Notes under the pieces: model-generated
What the model saw: only the letters and a program-made list of their open reading frames with translations
Databases searched by the model: none
What the model was told of the DNA's origin: nothing
Program-made: the position numbers and the translations under genes
Shown here: piece after piece, positions 30,401 to 38,081 of the stretch
How the letters are laid out: the number at the start of each line of letters is the position of its first letter
Numbering within the stretch: the stretch's first letter is position 1
IMG/VR virus record: IMGVR_UViG_3300021197_001949
Location: 2,984 to 66,983 of that record
Reading direction: 5' to 3' (one strand)
Source of the DNA: a virus
DNA: 64,000 nt

Positions 30401-33400
30401 GAGTTACACTGATTGGTACAAGACAGACGGTGACATGGTGCATGATGACAATACCAAGATCGACAAACAGGTCACGTACCAGTACGAATTGGACACACTG
30501 GATCTTGCGATAGGTAAACATGTGAAAGTGACAAGTGCGGACACAGGTGGCTGGAAACTGTTTATGAGGACAGCAGACGGATGGGAAAATGTTGGGACAG
30601 AAAATGGGACCATCAGGTTAAGCACTAAACTTTACGACTACAGCCAGGACGGATCAGGATTCGCAGGACAGGACAATTTCGATGACAACTTCTTTGATCA
30701 GGAACCAAGCATAGAGACCAGGAAGGTTTTGACTGCACTGAGAGATGATCTATTCATTAATGACCTAGCAGGTGAATACAACACATTGTTTTTTACAGGA
30801 CTGAGAAAAGTACTTTCTGAACAGACATATGTGGACTGGATGTTTAAGACATCGTTTATAAATGCAAAAAATTCTGTGAGGCAACTGGACCAGAGGAAGA
30901 CCTACACAACAGGCACTGACAGTTGGATCGAGAGTTACATCAATGAAGTGAAGCCATTCCATACAAAATTGAGGGAGTACAAACTTGCCTATGACAAGAC
31001 TGAAACACAAGACGGTATATTCTCTGACTTTGATAATCCAACTTTTTATGATGCCACAACAGGCAAAATCAGGAGTCTCAACGTTGATTTAGACACAGCG
31101 AAATTGACGGAGTATCCGTATCAGATGTGGTATGACTACCATAAGAAATATGTGCAGTCGATAACTGTCACAGCAGGTGGCTCAGGATACGAAGTGGCAC
31201 CGACAGTGACTATTCTAGGCGGAACTACGGGATCAACGGGACCTTTCCAGATACAGGCGACTAGTTCCTCTGGTGCTACAAGCGGACAGTTCGGTTACTA
31301 CTATCCCTTATTCACTAGTAAGCAACAGGCAGAGATATATGACACACAGAATTCAGGCTCAGGCACAACCAAAACTTATACTTTTGACGGGTACACCGAC
31401 ACATTCTATGGTCCTACAGCATCAACCAGTGAAGCACAGGGCGATAAATCAGGCACGTTCAAGATATATGTTACACCAACGACCACTGCGGCAACTGCCA
31501 CTGCTATCATACAAGGTGGAGCAGTAACAAAAATAAATGTGACAGGTAAAGGTGCGAACTACACAGCAACACCGACGGTTGTTATATCAGGTGGTAAGAC
31601 AGACGGAACGACACCAACAGACACTGCCAAAGCATATGCCAACCTAAACAACGACCTTGTAAGAGACTTTGACACAACTATAAAATTTGACAGGGTTTCA
31701 AGCACTTCACGTGTTGTTGATTGGACGGCATCAACAGCATACGCTTACAACGATTTACTAAGATACAACAATCAACTGTACAAAGTTACAAACGCATTCA
31801 CTTCAAGCACAGACTTCGATGACAACATAGGAAGTGTGTACAAGGTGTACGGTGACGAGACAGGACTTACAGCGGCAGACAGGACGAAAGGTTTCTACAC
31901 GCCAGGCTCTGAAATGCCAGGTAATGAACTAGATCAATTGATGACAGGTGTTGACTATGGTGGTACCATGGTTACAGGCCTACTATTCAACCAAGAAGCA
32001 GGTTGGGACAAAGCGGGTTGGTATGACTTCCCATGGGACAACTACGGAGACTCGAGAGTCAAGGCGTTCAGGGCAGATGGTTCAACAGCGGCGTACACAT
32101 TTGACATTGCACCAGCAACTTCAGAAGTATATCAGGTATACTTGACACAAGACGACAGCACAAGGAAAAAATTATCAGATGTAATCAGGGGTGACGGGTC
32201 TACAGCGACTTTCACAATCAGTGAGACACCAGAAGAGAACGCATTAGTTGAGTTCATCCCTTTCGATGACGACGGTGTGCTTACTCCGACAGATGATAGG
32301 ACATTGGACTCTATAGTCAAAGGTGGACTTTTCACATCAGCGTTGGGCCATGCACCGAGTGATATAGTTTTAGAAGGCGACGAGTTTGTATCTCCGGACA
32401 CAAGTTATGCACCTGAAGAAACTGTGCCAGGCCAGTTGTTTGATACATTGGACATAAAAGTTTACACGTCACCGGAGTCTGGCGTGCCATTCATCAGTGA
32501 GATGAATCACAGAGGTAACGGAAGCACAACAACATTCAGCATAGGTGACTATCCTGGCTCACTTGGGTCAGTGACTGTTGCAGTTGACGGTGTGGTACAG
32601 AAAGGCAGTGCATTAGATTCAACAGTGTCTGATTATTCAATCAATGTTGCAAACAAAACAATTACATTTGACACGGCACCTGCAAATCACACACAGATAT
32701 CAACGAAAGTGTTTGCTATATCCGGAGAAAATTACAGAGTGTTGAATTCATTCACAGGAGACGGGAGTACTACTACATTCCTTACTTCAACTAGAGGTGA
32801 ATTTAATTTAGATTCAACATCTTCTGACATCTATGTCACAGTGGACGGTGTGCCAACAACTGCATACTCGACTACCACTTCGGCCAACACAATCACAGTC
32901 GTGTTCGACTCGGCTCCTGAAGCAAGTTCTTATATACAGATAGCCGGTTTCAACAAGTCAGCAACATCTACACGAAGTTATGCAAGTGTCAGAAACCAAT
33001 CCATAACATATGATGGTTCAACAAACAGATACACTTTGACATATCCACCTGGTGCAATAGGACCGTTCTCTGGTCTTACAACGGTAGAAGTCAATGGTAG
33101 GGTGCTACGTGGACCAGACAACACTTATTACTTGGGAGATGGAAGCACTTACACGTATGGTGTGGTTTCAGGATTGGAAGATGACTCAACGGTGGATCCT
33201 GCTAAAACTATTTCGAGTGCAAGTGAAGTACAGGTTTTCGTAAACGGTGTCAAGAAAGATTTGAGCACACATTACACTGTGGATGTTGGGAATCAAAATG
33301 TTGAATTTGTTACTGCACACGTACCGACTACTACGGATGTGATATGTATTTCAACCTTAGTTGATCATCAGTATTTCAATGAGGGGACTGATATAATATT

Positions 33401-34382
33401 AGTACCAAGTGCAATTACATCACCTTACAGTTTGAGTTCTAGTGATGTATTATCAGTCACGACATTCAACAACGCTCTAGGCATGAAGCAAAGAAGAGAA
33501 GTGTTAGAAGGCAGAAGTAATGGTGTGTTCAAACTAAGATTTGACACCCTTGATGCAGGATACACGTATGTTTGGTTGAATGGACAACAATTAATACAGG
33601 CAAGTGATTACACGGTCAGTGGAAACACAATAACAATCAATGGCAGAACGATCTCATCATCCGACAGGCTTGATGTGATGTACTTTGCGGTGGATTCAGC
33701 GGTAAATGCCACGGGATTCAGGATATTCAAAGACATGCTTAACAGGACGTTCTACAAACGTATATCAAAAACAGCAACAACAAAATTAACACTGGACATG
33801 ACAGAAAGCACACAGACATTTACTGTGGAAGATGGTAGTGTATTGCCTACACCAGATATTGCCAGCAACACCCCAGGCGTTGTGTTCATAGACAAAGAAA
33901 GAATTGAATATTTTATCAAGACAGACAACGTGTTGAGTCAATTAAGACGTGGAACTCTTGGAACAGGAATTAAGGAGCATGGATCAGGCACGGAAGTGGT
34001 AGATGCGTCTGGTACTCAAACCATCCCTTATGCGGACACAGTGTACACCAACACCTTCACAGGTGACGGCAGTACGTTGACGTTTGCACTATCACAAGCA
34101 CCATCATCCGCTAGTGAGTTAGACATATTCATTGGTGGCCAACGATTGTTGCTCACTAGCGAGGATGGATCGACTATTAACTATTCTGTGGACGGAAGCA
34201 CAACAGCAGTAACATTGAGCTCTGCACCTGCTTCAGGAACACAGGTTAAAATTTTACACAAGAAAGGACAGGTATGGTACACGGCACTAGATGGTAATCC
34301 AGCAGATGGTAAAGGATTACAGGCTTCCGGCACACAACAGGCTAAATTCATTGCTAACGAGCCTACAAACTCACCTGAATAA
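21492..34382 (+). CDS. giant (4296 aa) baseplate wedge initiator / virion structural protein, gp7-like
   Basis: Follows gp6. Contains a cupredoxin-like motif, two CBM5/12-like W..Y...D.V.Y modules, FG-GAP-like propeller repeats, YIREKGTQNAI, YINEVKPFHTKLR, and GDGSTxTF repeats. Confidence 0.75.
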   Translation: MADNPTNALTNNEVVKQGTNEYRRTVQHLPAFYRTDANQRFLASTMDPLVQKGSLERLDGYIGRQDAYTRSVSDRYITATSRDRFAYQLEPAVTYTDRDTTSVNPEDQVKFTGTYDDYINQIKYLGGKVNNHDRLNKETVYSWNPAIDYDKLVNYREYYWMPDGPSSIEIDSVGPSVVAEYSVKNNSQSAYEFTHRENENNPILTLYRGNTYKFSVNAKGHPFWIMTEPYKSKVSLDGSTSTIFDTGVTNNGADEGTVTFTVPTSGAPDTLYYQCGNHDAMYGILQIKDATSTTAINVEDDIIGVKNYSIRTLDLSNGMKIKFTNSLVTSSYQDKEYYVEGVGDAITLTDVEDLITPGSYATESTLLYDQAGYDSRPYAKAFYTPENKDYMTIKRDSRDQNAWSRYNRWFHKSVIEETARVGGFTPVLDEDDRAKRPIIEFDSGLALYNHGTVAKRSITLYDTVTTDAFSTVVKQTGYIIDGLALADGMRVIFAADTDPIVKNKIYDVNFVTAGDSTQVINLTEASDATPTANDSIFIEFGTNNQGKSFYYDSTTETFKEAQQKTGVNQQPLFGMWDNNHISFDDATAYPNSTFAGAKVFAFATSDTATKDTVLGIKVKYNTINNVGDIVFESDHTSGTFTYKDGAQTLTKNLAEGHLHYTTGRATHNSRSAWIKRTTENKQRVIRTFIVDATEKQFFPIDFYKDSAELTDLEVSVSVNGSRKTLTTDYTLETGTKNKYVKFNTALEVDDQIRIAGHSSTDKIAEKGIYEIPENLATNSLNQQLGTFTFGQILAHVRDILDKNQDVTGAIPGVSNLRDKPDARLKGGSIHQHEGPLLPAIFGLVDQNSNVTSSIDYVSQEYEKWYNAFLTHATGTAYEGVAADRVDEIITAITPGRNSTFPFFYEDMLGWGENVSTRSYTVMGSSQTEYALDSQHNITTLSNRAVYVYLNDVQLLLGTDYTFSTTDDSVNISKALAEGDKILIKDYADTTGSYMPPSPTKLGMYPKFTPETFTDTTYLTDTAVIRKHDGSIIKAYGDERDDLILELEKRIYNNIKVTYDATLVDLHDVLPSAFTSTEYTLQEVDGVMGPDFYQWAGRNNVQYINNTAFTEGSPFTYNYARSKGRLINENLPGYWRGIYKYFYDTDAPHVRPWEMLGHSEKPSTWDATYGTAPYTSGNDVLWNAIATEPGRYGKPLIRNYLPVDASGNLLDPLAAGLVDNFDIPGRQNAWKFGDQAPAETAWRRSSAYPFTVIKTLVLTKPAKFFSNLFDPSRLTTNVAGNQINTETGIRNTLATAKYHLETETNTATGVTTRYQTAGYQPFVINYLISRNLDTKTFYYDKMKNLSVQLSYKLGGFTDKANIKILTDSVSPGSKSGSKFIPDENYKILFRTSNPVESYQYSGVLIEYNTDISQDGSTLLGGYKVLGYSTTKPYFNFNYPVKTTTATAVSIEGSTVVRQYTAYQETTQTIPYGHVFDTIQDVTDFLFGYGQWLESQGFRFNKFSNELKETLNWSNAVREFLFWTTQEWAPGSAITVSPAADGFELDTNNSIVGKLKNLAGDYSLLDSGGRKIDISEISTKRIGKTFELGIKSDTVGLYNIALNTVQKEHVLLFDNSTVFADIIYDPFTGFRQQRLKLVGWKTAGWNGDYYAPGFVFDAAQVTYWTANTDYRIGDSVEYQGKFYVAKTNHNSGATFEKTNWTLKDEKPAPQLIPNFEYKIAQFNDFYDLETNNFDESQQQLAQRLTGYQSRDYLENLFVNDVSQYKFYQGYIREKGTQNAIDKILKAKYEGEDITLDLYPEWMIRTGNFGNTDSIQNIQITLKDDEITANPQSIELLDTTNDTVEYARSDAIVKDNFYYKPVEYTASTTFHRLDYTKEGVSRDTAQVFKTAGYPQPQQVQHTAFNIEEILNLDMNAISTNDLIWVANKSNRDWDVFRITSASIKIADLHLINDASQLEITFTGSHNLTAGSTTTQADYFAISNSEEATLNGVYQVSATPDHKTVIIDYDGNVGFIPALEDGSTADSYGNIYKFVSVRLASMDNVNDLIDFENYTDKDDAIEQPGDKVFADADSSGLWRVYEKQDPYTTAIVLSPDASTAEQEFGHRIVARNDGRTVIASAPGKGQGEVHFLFRSSTEAGATLQTQSTATMTDNNDNTSRLGESLSISTDENFVVAGAPYTNAVGADGSTRFIDSGLVKVYIWDQSTFKYGILDTVRAPTDGSTLNENANFGWAHKVSEPGASSVRSTPDKYMFVSAPGHDNDKGRVYMYTWGIGADGSTYDTWTQDYTIEAPAGGSGQRFGHRIQANDNGDILAVSSLAPGNAGKVEIFIKTSQSNDGSTQNSFALAQTLTGVASDGSSINTAFGESIAMSKDGTTLIIGAPGVDGTTHPDAGAIYYYKWNADDSTNTYTLQQTITAPESSTNIKFGTSLDINNNGTRIIIGAEKFASSREMKFDAGETTFDLQDTTIVDSNTESGGAFTATMYNTKYIVDDRLMTDNVTADDDFGRGVCMIDNSVFVGAPKDDGNTTSDGSTKVVNDGTVACYDLTVNGQYAWNNLVTETALMDTDKLGKVFEFNKKTKQLQDYYDLYDPIKGRILGLADREIDIKTAWDPATYNVGDKADLKTPWAETHVGEVWWDLSTVKWLWYEQDTQEYKQNHWGQTFPGSSIDVYEWVESRLLPSEWDNRVEGTSSTISGTALYGDDSRYTVVQKYDSRLDTFVNYYYYWVKDKTTLPTGHHTRGDRHAHQHRKNTVAFVANLITNPKAFDTKYYSVTDTNKLLLNNVTNLTNDDIVLNVDIRTNTFEGDSHSIWKLVKEGDADYRPGLQTETRWWDSLIGKNSAGDLVPDVNLPVNERYGNNIRPRQSWYVDRYDALKEIIDYANSVLKNNQLVGQVNLTNLDSQDPQPTAQSGEWDASVETYADLTYINTADLSGTVNYLVTADETANNYWAIYTWDGTEWSRTKIQTYNTSAYWSYTDWYKTDGDMVHDDNTKIDKQVTYQYELDTLDLAIGKHVKVTSADTGGWKLFMRTADGWENVGTENGTIRLSTKLYDYSQDGSGFAGQDNFDDNFFDQEPSIETRKVLTALRDDLFINDLAGEYNTLFFTGLRKVLSEQTYVDWMFKTSFINAKNSVRQLDQRKTYTTGTDSWIESYINEVKPFHTKLREYKLAYDKTETQDGIFSDFDNPTFYDATTGKIRSLNVDLDTAKLTEYPYQMWYDYHKKYVQSITVTAGGSGYEVAPTVTILGGTTGSTGPFQIQATSSSGATSGQFGYYYPLFTSKQQAEIYDTQNSGSGTTKTYTFDGYTDTFYGPTASTSEAQGDKSGTFKIYVTPTTTAATATAIIQGGAVTKINVTGKGANYTATPTVVISGGKTDGTTPTDTAKAYANLNNDLVRDFDTTIKFDRVSSTSRVVDWTASTAYAYNDLLRYNNQLYKVTNAFTSSTDFDDNIGSVYKVYGDETGLTAADRTKGFYTPGSEMPGNELDQLMTGVDYGGTMVTGLLFNQEAGWDKAGWYDFPWDNYGDSRVKAFRADGSTAAYTFDIAPATSEVYQVYLTQDDSTRKKLSDVIRGDGSTATFTISETPEENALVEFIPFDDDGVLTPTDDRTLDSIVKGGLFTSALGHAPSDIVLEGDEFVSPDTSYAPEETVPGQLFDTLDIKVYTSPESGVPFISEMNHRGNGSTTTFSIGDYPGSLGSVTVAVDGVVQKGSALDSTVSDYSINVANKTITFDTAPANHTQISTKVFAISGENYRVLNSFTGDGSTTTFLTSTRGEFNLDSTSSDIYVTVDGVPTTAYSTTTSANTITVVFDSAPEASSYIQIAGFNKSATSTRSYASVRNQSITYDGSTNRYTLTYPPGAIGPFSGLTTVEVNGRVLRGPDNTYYLGDGSTYTYGVVSGLEDDSTVDPAKTISSASEVQVFVNGVKKDLSTHYTVDVGNQNVEFVTAHVPTTTDVICISTLVDHQYFNEGTDIILVPSAITSPYSLSSSDVLSVTTFNNALGMKQRREVLEGRSNGVFKLRFDTLDAGYTYVWLNGQQLIQASDYTVSGNTITINGRTISSSDRLDVMYFAVDSAVNATGFRIFKDMLNRTFYKRISKTATTKLTLDMTESTQTFTVEDGSVLPTPDIASNTPGVVFIDKERIEYFIKTDNVLSQLRRGTLGTGIKEHGSGTEVVDASGTQTIPYADTVYTNTFTGDGSTLTFALSQAPSSASELDIFIGGQRLLLTSEDGSTINYSVDGSTTAVTLSSAPASGTQVKILHKKGQVWYTALDGNPADGKGLQASGTQQAKFIANEPTNSPE

Positions 34383-34391
34383 ATACACTAG

Positions 34392-35117
34392 ATGACACAG
34401 GACAACAAACCCACAGAAGCAAAAGAAGAGAACAAAAAGCCTCAGGATAACACGGGTGTTATGATGACGGGCCACATAAAGATTTCAGATCCAGAGACAG
34501 GTGAGGTTATCGTGGACAAAAGAAATGCGATACACTACGAGAACATGTCTCAGGCACTTGCTAATTCTTTAGCAAACAAGACAACAGGCTTTGTACATGA
34601 GATTGCACTGGGCAATGGTGGTACGAGCGTTGATCCAACAGGTATAATAACATATCTTACTCCAAACTCAACAGGCACAAATGCATCACTTTATAATCAA
34701 ACTTATTACAAAGTAATAGATGACAATTCTGCAACCAACAAAGACACAACCAGAAACAAGATGGAAGTTAGACACACTGCAGGTAACAAGTACACTGACA
34801 TAGTAGTCACTTGTACATTAGACTACGGCGAGCCGACAGGACAGGCGGCATTTGATAACACAACAGATTTCAATGGTGATTATGTTTTTGACGAACTAGG
34901 ACTTAAGAGTTGGGAAGGAACAGAGAACGGTTCAACTAATAAATTATTGACACACGTAATATTCCACCCGGTACAGAAGTCATTGAACAGACTTATACAG
35001 ATTGATTACACATTAAGGATACAGAGTTTAACAACATTCACTGAGACTAGTTCAACAGCACTGTCAACATCCAACACAGTTAGTGGAACGACATCAGGTG
35101 GTAACACAGGATACTAA
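34392..35117 (+). CDS. virion/baseplate structural protein
   Basis: TLDYGEP, FDELGL and LLTHVIFHPVQKSLNRLIQIDYTLRI; preceded by TAAATA. Confidence 0.6.
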   Translation: MTQDNKPTEAKEENKKPQDNTGVMMTGHIKISDPETGEVIVDKRNAIHYENMSQALANSLANKTTGFVHEIALGNGGTSVDPTGIITYLTPNSTGTNASLYNQTYYKVIDDNSATNKDTTRNKMEVRHTAGNKYTDIVVTCTLDYGEPTGQAAFDNTTDFNGDYVFDELGLKSWEGTENGSTNKLLTHVIFHPVQKSLNRLIQIDYTLRIQSLTTFTETSSTALSTSNTVSGTTSGGNTGY

Positions 35118-36613
35118 TGGCATACACTGTTAACAAGACAAATAGTTCAGCGTCACCGAACTCATACACTGTACAGGATGGTGTGGTAAACACACAGACT
35201 GATCTCAGTTTCGTTGGAAAAGGGTATGCTGGATACGGAGAAAGCATAGCAGAGAACTTCCTGCATCTTCTAGAAAATTTCTCAAACACATCAGCACCTT
35301 CCAAACCAATACAAGGACAACTTTGGTGGGATTCAACAAATTCAAAATTACAAGTGTACAACGGAACTGCATTCCAAACCGCTGGAGGCAGTGCACCATA
35401 TCAATCAACTGCACCGGCCAACCTGGCCTCGGGAGACATCTGGATAGATTCAGACACGGGACAGATGTACTTTTACAACGGCACATCGTCTGTGTTGGTA
35501 GGTCCACCTAGTTCCACAGGAACAACTAATGGTTTCACGTACGACACAATACTAGATTCTAGTGATGCAAATCAAAACATCACTAAATTATTCAATGACG
35601 GTAACTTGATAGCAATCATTTCGGAAGACGAGTTCACCCCAAAAGTTTCTATATCTGGATTCGCAACTATAAAGAAAGGTATCACTTTATCTACAGCAAT
35701 TTCAGGCAACAAGTTCCAAGGAACGGCCACAGACTCAGATGCACTGGGCGGTGTTGCGGCGGAAAACTACTTACGATCAAATGCCAATGACACAACATCA
35801 GGCACAATAAGTGTGGCCAATGATGGTGGTGTCATAGTTGGAGTAGACAGTGACATGACATTAACGGTAGATTCATCGGGTGGTATCATAGCCAATACCG
35901 TGCCAAACACAGACATCACATTCAAGGTCAACGATGGTGGAACAACAACCACTGTGATGACCATAGACGGTTCTGAATCAAGAGTTGGTATAGGAACAAC
36001 CACACCTACAGCCAAATTAGAAGTAAGCGGTACTATAAAAGCAACCTCACTTGAAACTTCTGTCACAGGAAACGTCGCAGGTAACCTAACAAGTTCAGGC
36101 GCCAACACAATGGGCACTTTGACAATGGGAGGCAATCTAACATCGAAAGCGATACTGCCAGACACAGATGCTTCATACGACATAGGAACAAGTTCAAAAG
36201 GATACAACACTGTATACGCAAAAGCAACATCGGCGCAGTACGCTGACTTGGCGGAGGTGTATGAGACCGACGCGGAATACGAAGTGGGTACTGTTGTAGT
36301 GTTCGGAGGAGACAAGGAAGTCACTATATCCACCGAAGGAAATGACCCAAGGGTGGCAGGCGTGATAAGTGAAAAACCTGCTTACTTGATGAATTCAGAA
36401 TCAGCGGGACAACCGGTAGCATTAATGGGTAAAGTGCCTTGCAAAGTGATAGGACACATTGTAAAAGGTGATATGTTATCAACAGATCCGGCAAACAACG
36501 GTGTTGCCAAGAAAACACATGACCCACAGGTAGGTGAAGTGATAGGAAAAGCGTTAGAGAATTACGATTCTGACGAAATAGGCACAATTAATATAGTAGT
36601 GGGAAGGTGCTAA
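35117..36613 (+). CDS. tail fibre/spike protein with C-terminal autocleaved-chaperone-like domain
   Basis: N-terminal GKGYAGYGE..AENFLHLLENF and C-terminal ATSAQYADLAE...PAYLMN...VALMGKVPCKV. Confidence 0.7.
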   Translation: MAYTVNKTNSSASPNSYTVQDGVVNTQTDLSFVGKGYAGYGESIAENFLHLLENFSNTSAPSKPIQGQLWWDSTNSKLQVYNGTAFQTAGGSAPYQSTAPANLASGDIWIDSDTGQMYFYNGTSSVLVGPPSSTGTTNGFTYDTILDSSDANQNITKLFNDGNLIAIISEDEFTPKVSISGFATIKKGITLSTAISGNKFQGTATDSDALGGVAAENYLRSNANDTTSGTISVANDGGVIVGVDSDMTLTVDSSGGIIANTVPNTDITFKVNDGGTTTTVMTIDGSESRVGIGTTTPTAKLEVSGTIKATSLETSVTGNVAGNLTSSGANTMGTLTMGGNLTSKAILPDTDASYDIGTSSKGYNTVYAKATSAQYADLAEVYETDAEYEVGTVVVFGGDKEVTISTEGNDPRVAGVISEKPAYLMNSESAGQPVALMGKVPCKVIGHIVKGDMLSTDPANNGVAKKTHDPQVGEVIGKALENYDSDEIGTINIVVGRC

Positions 36614-36623
36614 ATATAAGCAA

Positions 36624-38075
36624 ATGGCGTACACAATTAACAAAACAGACGGAACAGTAGTAACAACGATCACAGACGGAACAGTGGACAACACCACTTC
36701 GTTGCAGTTGTTTGGAAAGTCATATTCAGGTTTTGGTGAAGGTTTAAACGAGAATCTTGTAAAATTATTAGAGAATGCGGCTTCGACCGCGGCACCCACA
36801 GCACCACTCAAAGGTGAACTGTGGTTCGACACAACAACAAACCAGTTAAAAGTTTACGACGGCACGAGTTTCAAACCCACGGGTGGTTCAAAATCTAGTT
36901 CAAGCGAACCGACATCACCATCAGCGGGTGACCTATGGCATGACACAGCAAACGACCAAGTATTTGTGTACACAGGAAGTGCGTGGTTGTTGGTTGGACC
37001 GGTTTACACATCAGGACAGACATTGTCAGGATGGAAAATAGAAACGTTAGCAAGTTCGGGAGGCAACAAGGTTGTTTCTTCTATGTACGCAGGCAACACA
37101 AGGGTTTGCATAGTGTCCAAAGAAACATTCACTCCGAGTGTTACACAATCAGGTTTCGCAGAAATCAAAGCAGGCCTAACACTTAACTCAACGTTGAGTG
37201 CAGTGTTTGAAGGTACTAACACACAGGCGGCTACTATCGATGTGTCATCAACAACAAACACATCAGGTACACTCATTGCAGGCGGAAATTTTTTAAGGGC
37301 AGATGCGGCAGACACAACAACAGGTGCACTCACAGTTGATGCAGATGGGGGTGTGATCATAGGTGATGCACAAGAATTAAGCATAACTGTATCAAGCAAT
37401 GATGTAACAGTAGCACAGACTTCTCAAGATAAAGATCTAAGTTTCACAATCAATGATGGTGGCGTTACAAAGACTCCATTGTCGTTTGAAGGTGCGTCAG
37501 GTAACATCGCTTTGACAGGTGTGACAACAATCACAGGCAATACAACAATCACAGGTAACTTGACAATCACTGGAGAATTTGAAAACAGTTCGAGTGAGAT
37601 CAACATTGTAAATGATGCTTTCTTAAAATTAAACACGGGTAACTCCGAAGCAGATTCGGGTATAATTGTTGAAACAACAGACACTGACGATGCGAGATTG
37701 TTTTACGACGTGTCAGAGAACTACTGGGCGGCTGGTGAAAATGAAAGTTATTCGCAGATTATTAGATTAGCAGATGCAGTTGCAGACGGCAACGCGGCAA
37801 AAGAAAAAGTTCTTAAAACTACGGCGGCAGGTTTGTTGACAGTGACCAACGTAAGTTTGGCCGCAGTAGGTTCAGACATCACGTCATCTACAAGTACATC
37901 AAGCACCTCGGTTCCAACTACAGGACAGGTGGCCAAATCATTAAAACTTTGGGGTGGATCTACAATCTCAGATGACAGCAGTAACAGTATCGCAGGAAAC
38001 AGATACGTTGAGACTTCGGCACCAACATCTGGACAAGGTTCAAACGGGGATCTTTGGTTCGTAAGGGAGGCGTAA
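36624..38075 (+). CDS. tail fibre protein (paralog)
   Basis: Same N-terminal module (NENLVKLLEN, GELWFD); ends APTSGQGSNGDLWF with no chaperone domain. Confidence 0.7.
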   Translation: MAYTINKTDGTVVTTITDGTVDNTTSLQLFGKSYSGFGEGLNENLVKLLENAASTAAPTAPLKGELWFDTTTNQLKVYDGTSFKPTGGSKSSSSEPTSPSAGDLWHDTANDQVFVYTGSAWLLVGPVYTSGQTLSGWKIETLASSGGNKVVSSMYAGNTRVCIVSKETFTPSVTQSGFAEIKAGLTLNSTLSAVFEGTNTQAATIDVSSTTNTSGTLIAGGNFLRADAADTTTGALTVDADGGVIIGDAQELSITVSSNDVTVAQTSQDKDLSFTINDGGVTKTPLSFEGASGNIALTGVTTITGNTTITGNLTITGEFENSSSEINIVNDAFLKLNTGNSEADSGIIVETTDTDDARLFYDVSENYWAAGENESYSQIIRLADAVADGNAAKEKVLKTTAAGLLTVTNVSLAAVGSDITSSTSTSSTSVPTTGQVAKSLKLWGGSTISDDSSNSIAGNRYVETSAPTSGQGSNGDLWFVREA

Positions 38076-38081
38076 TCCCAA

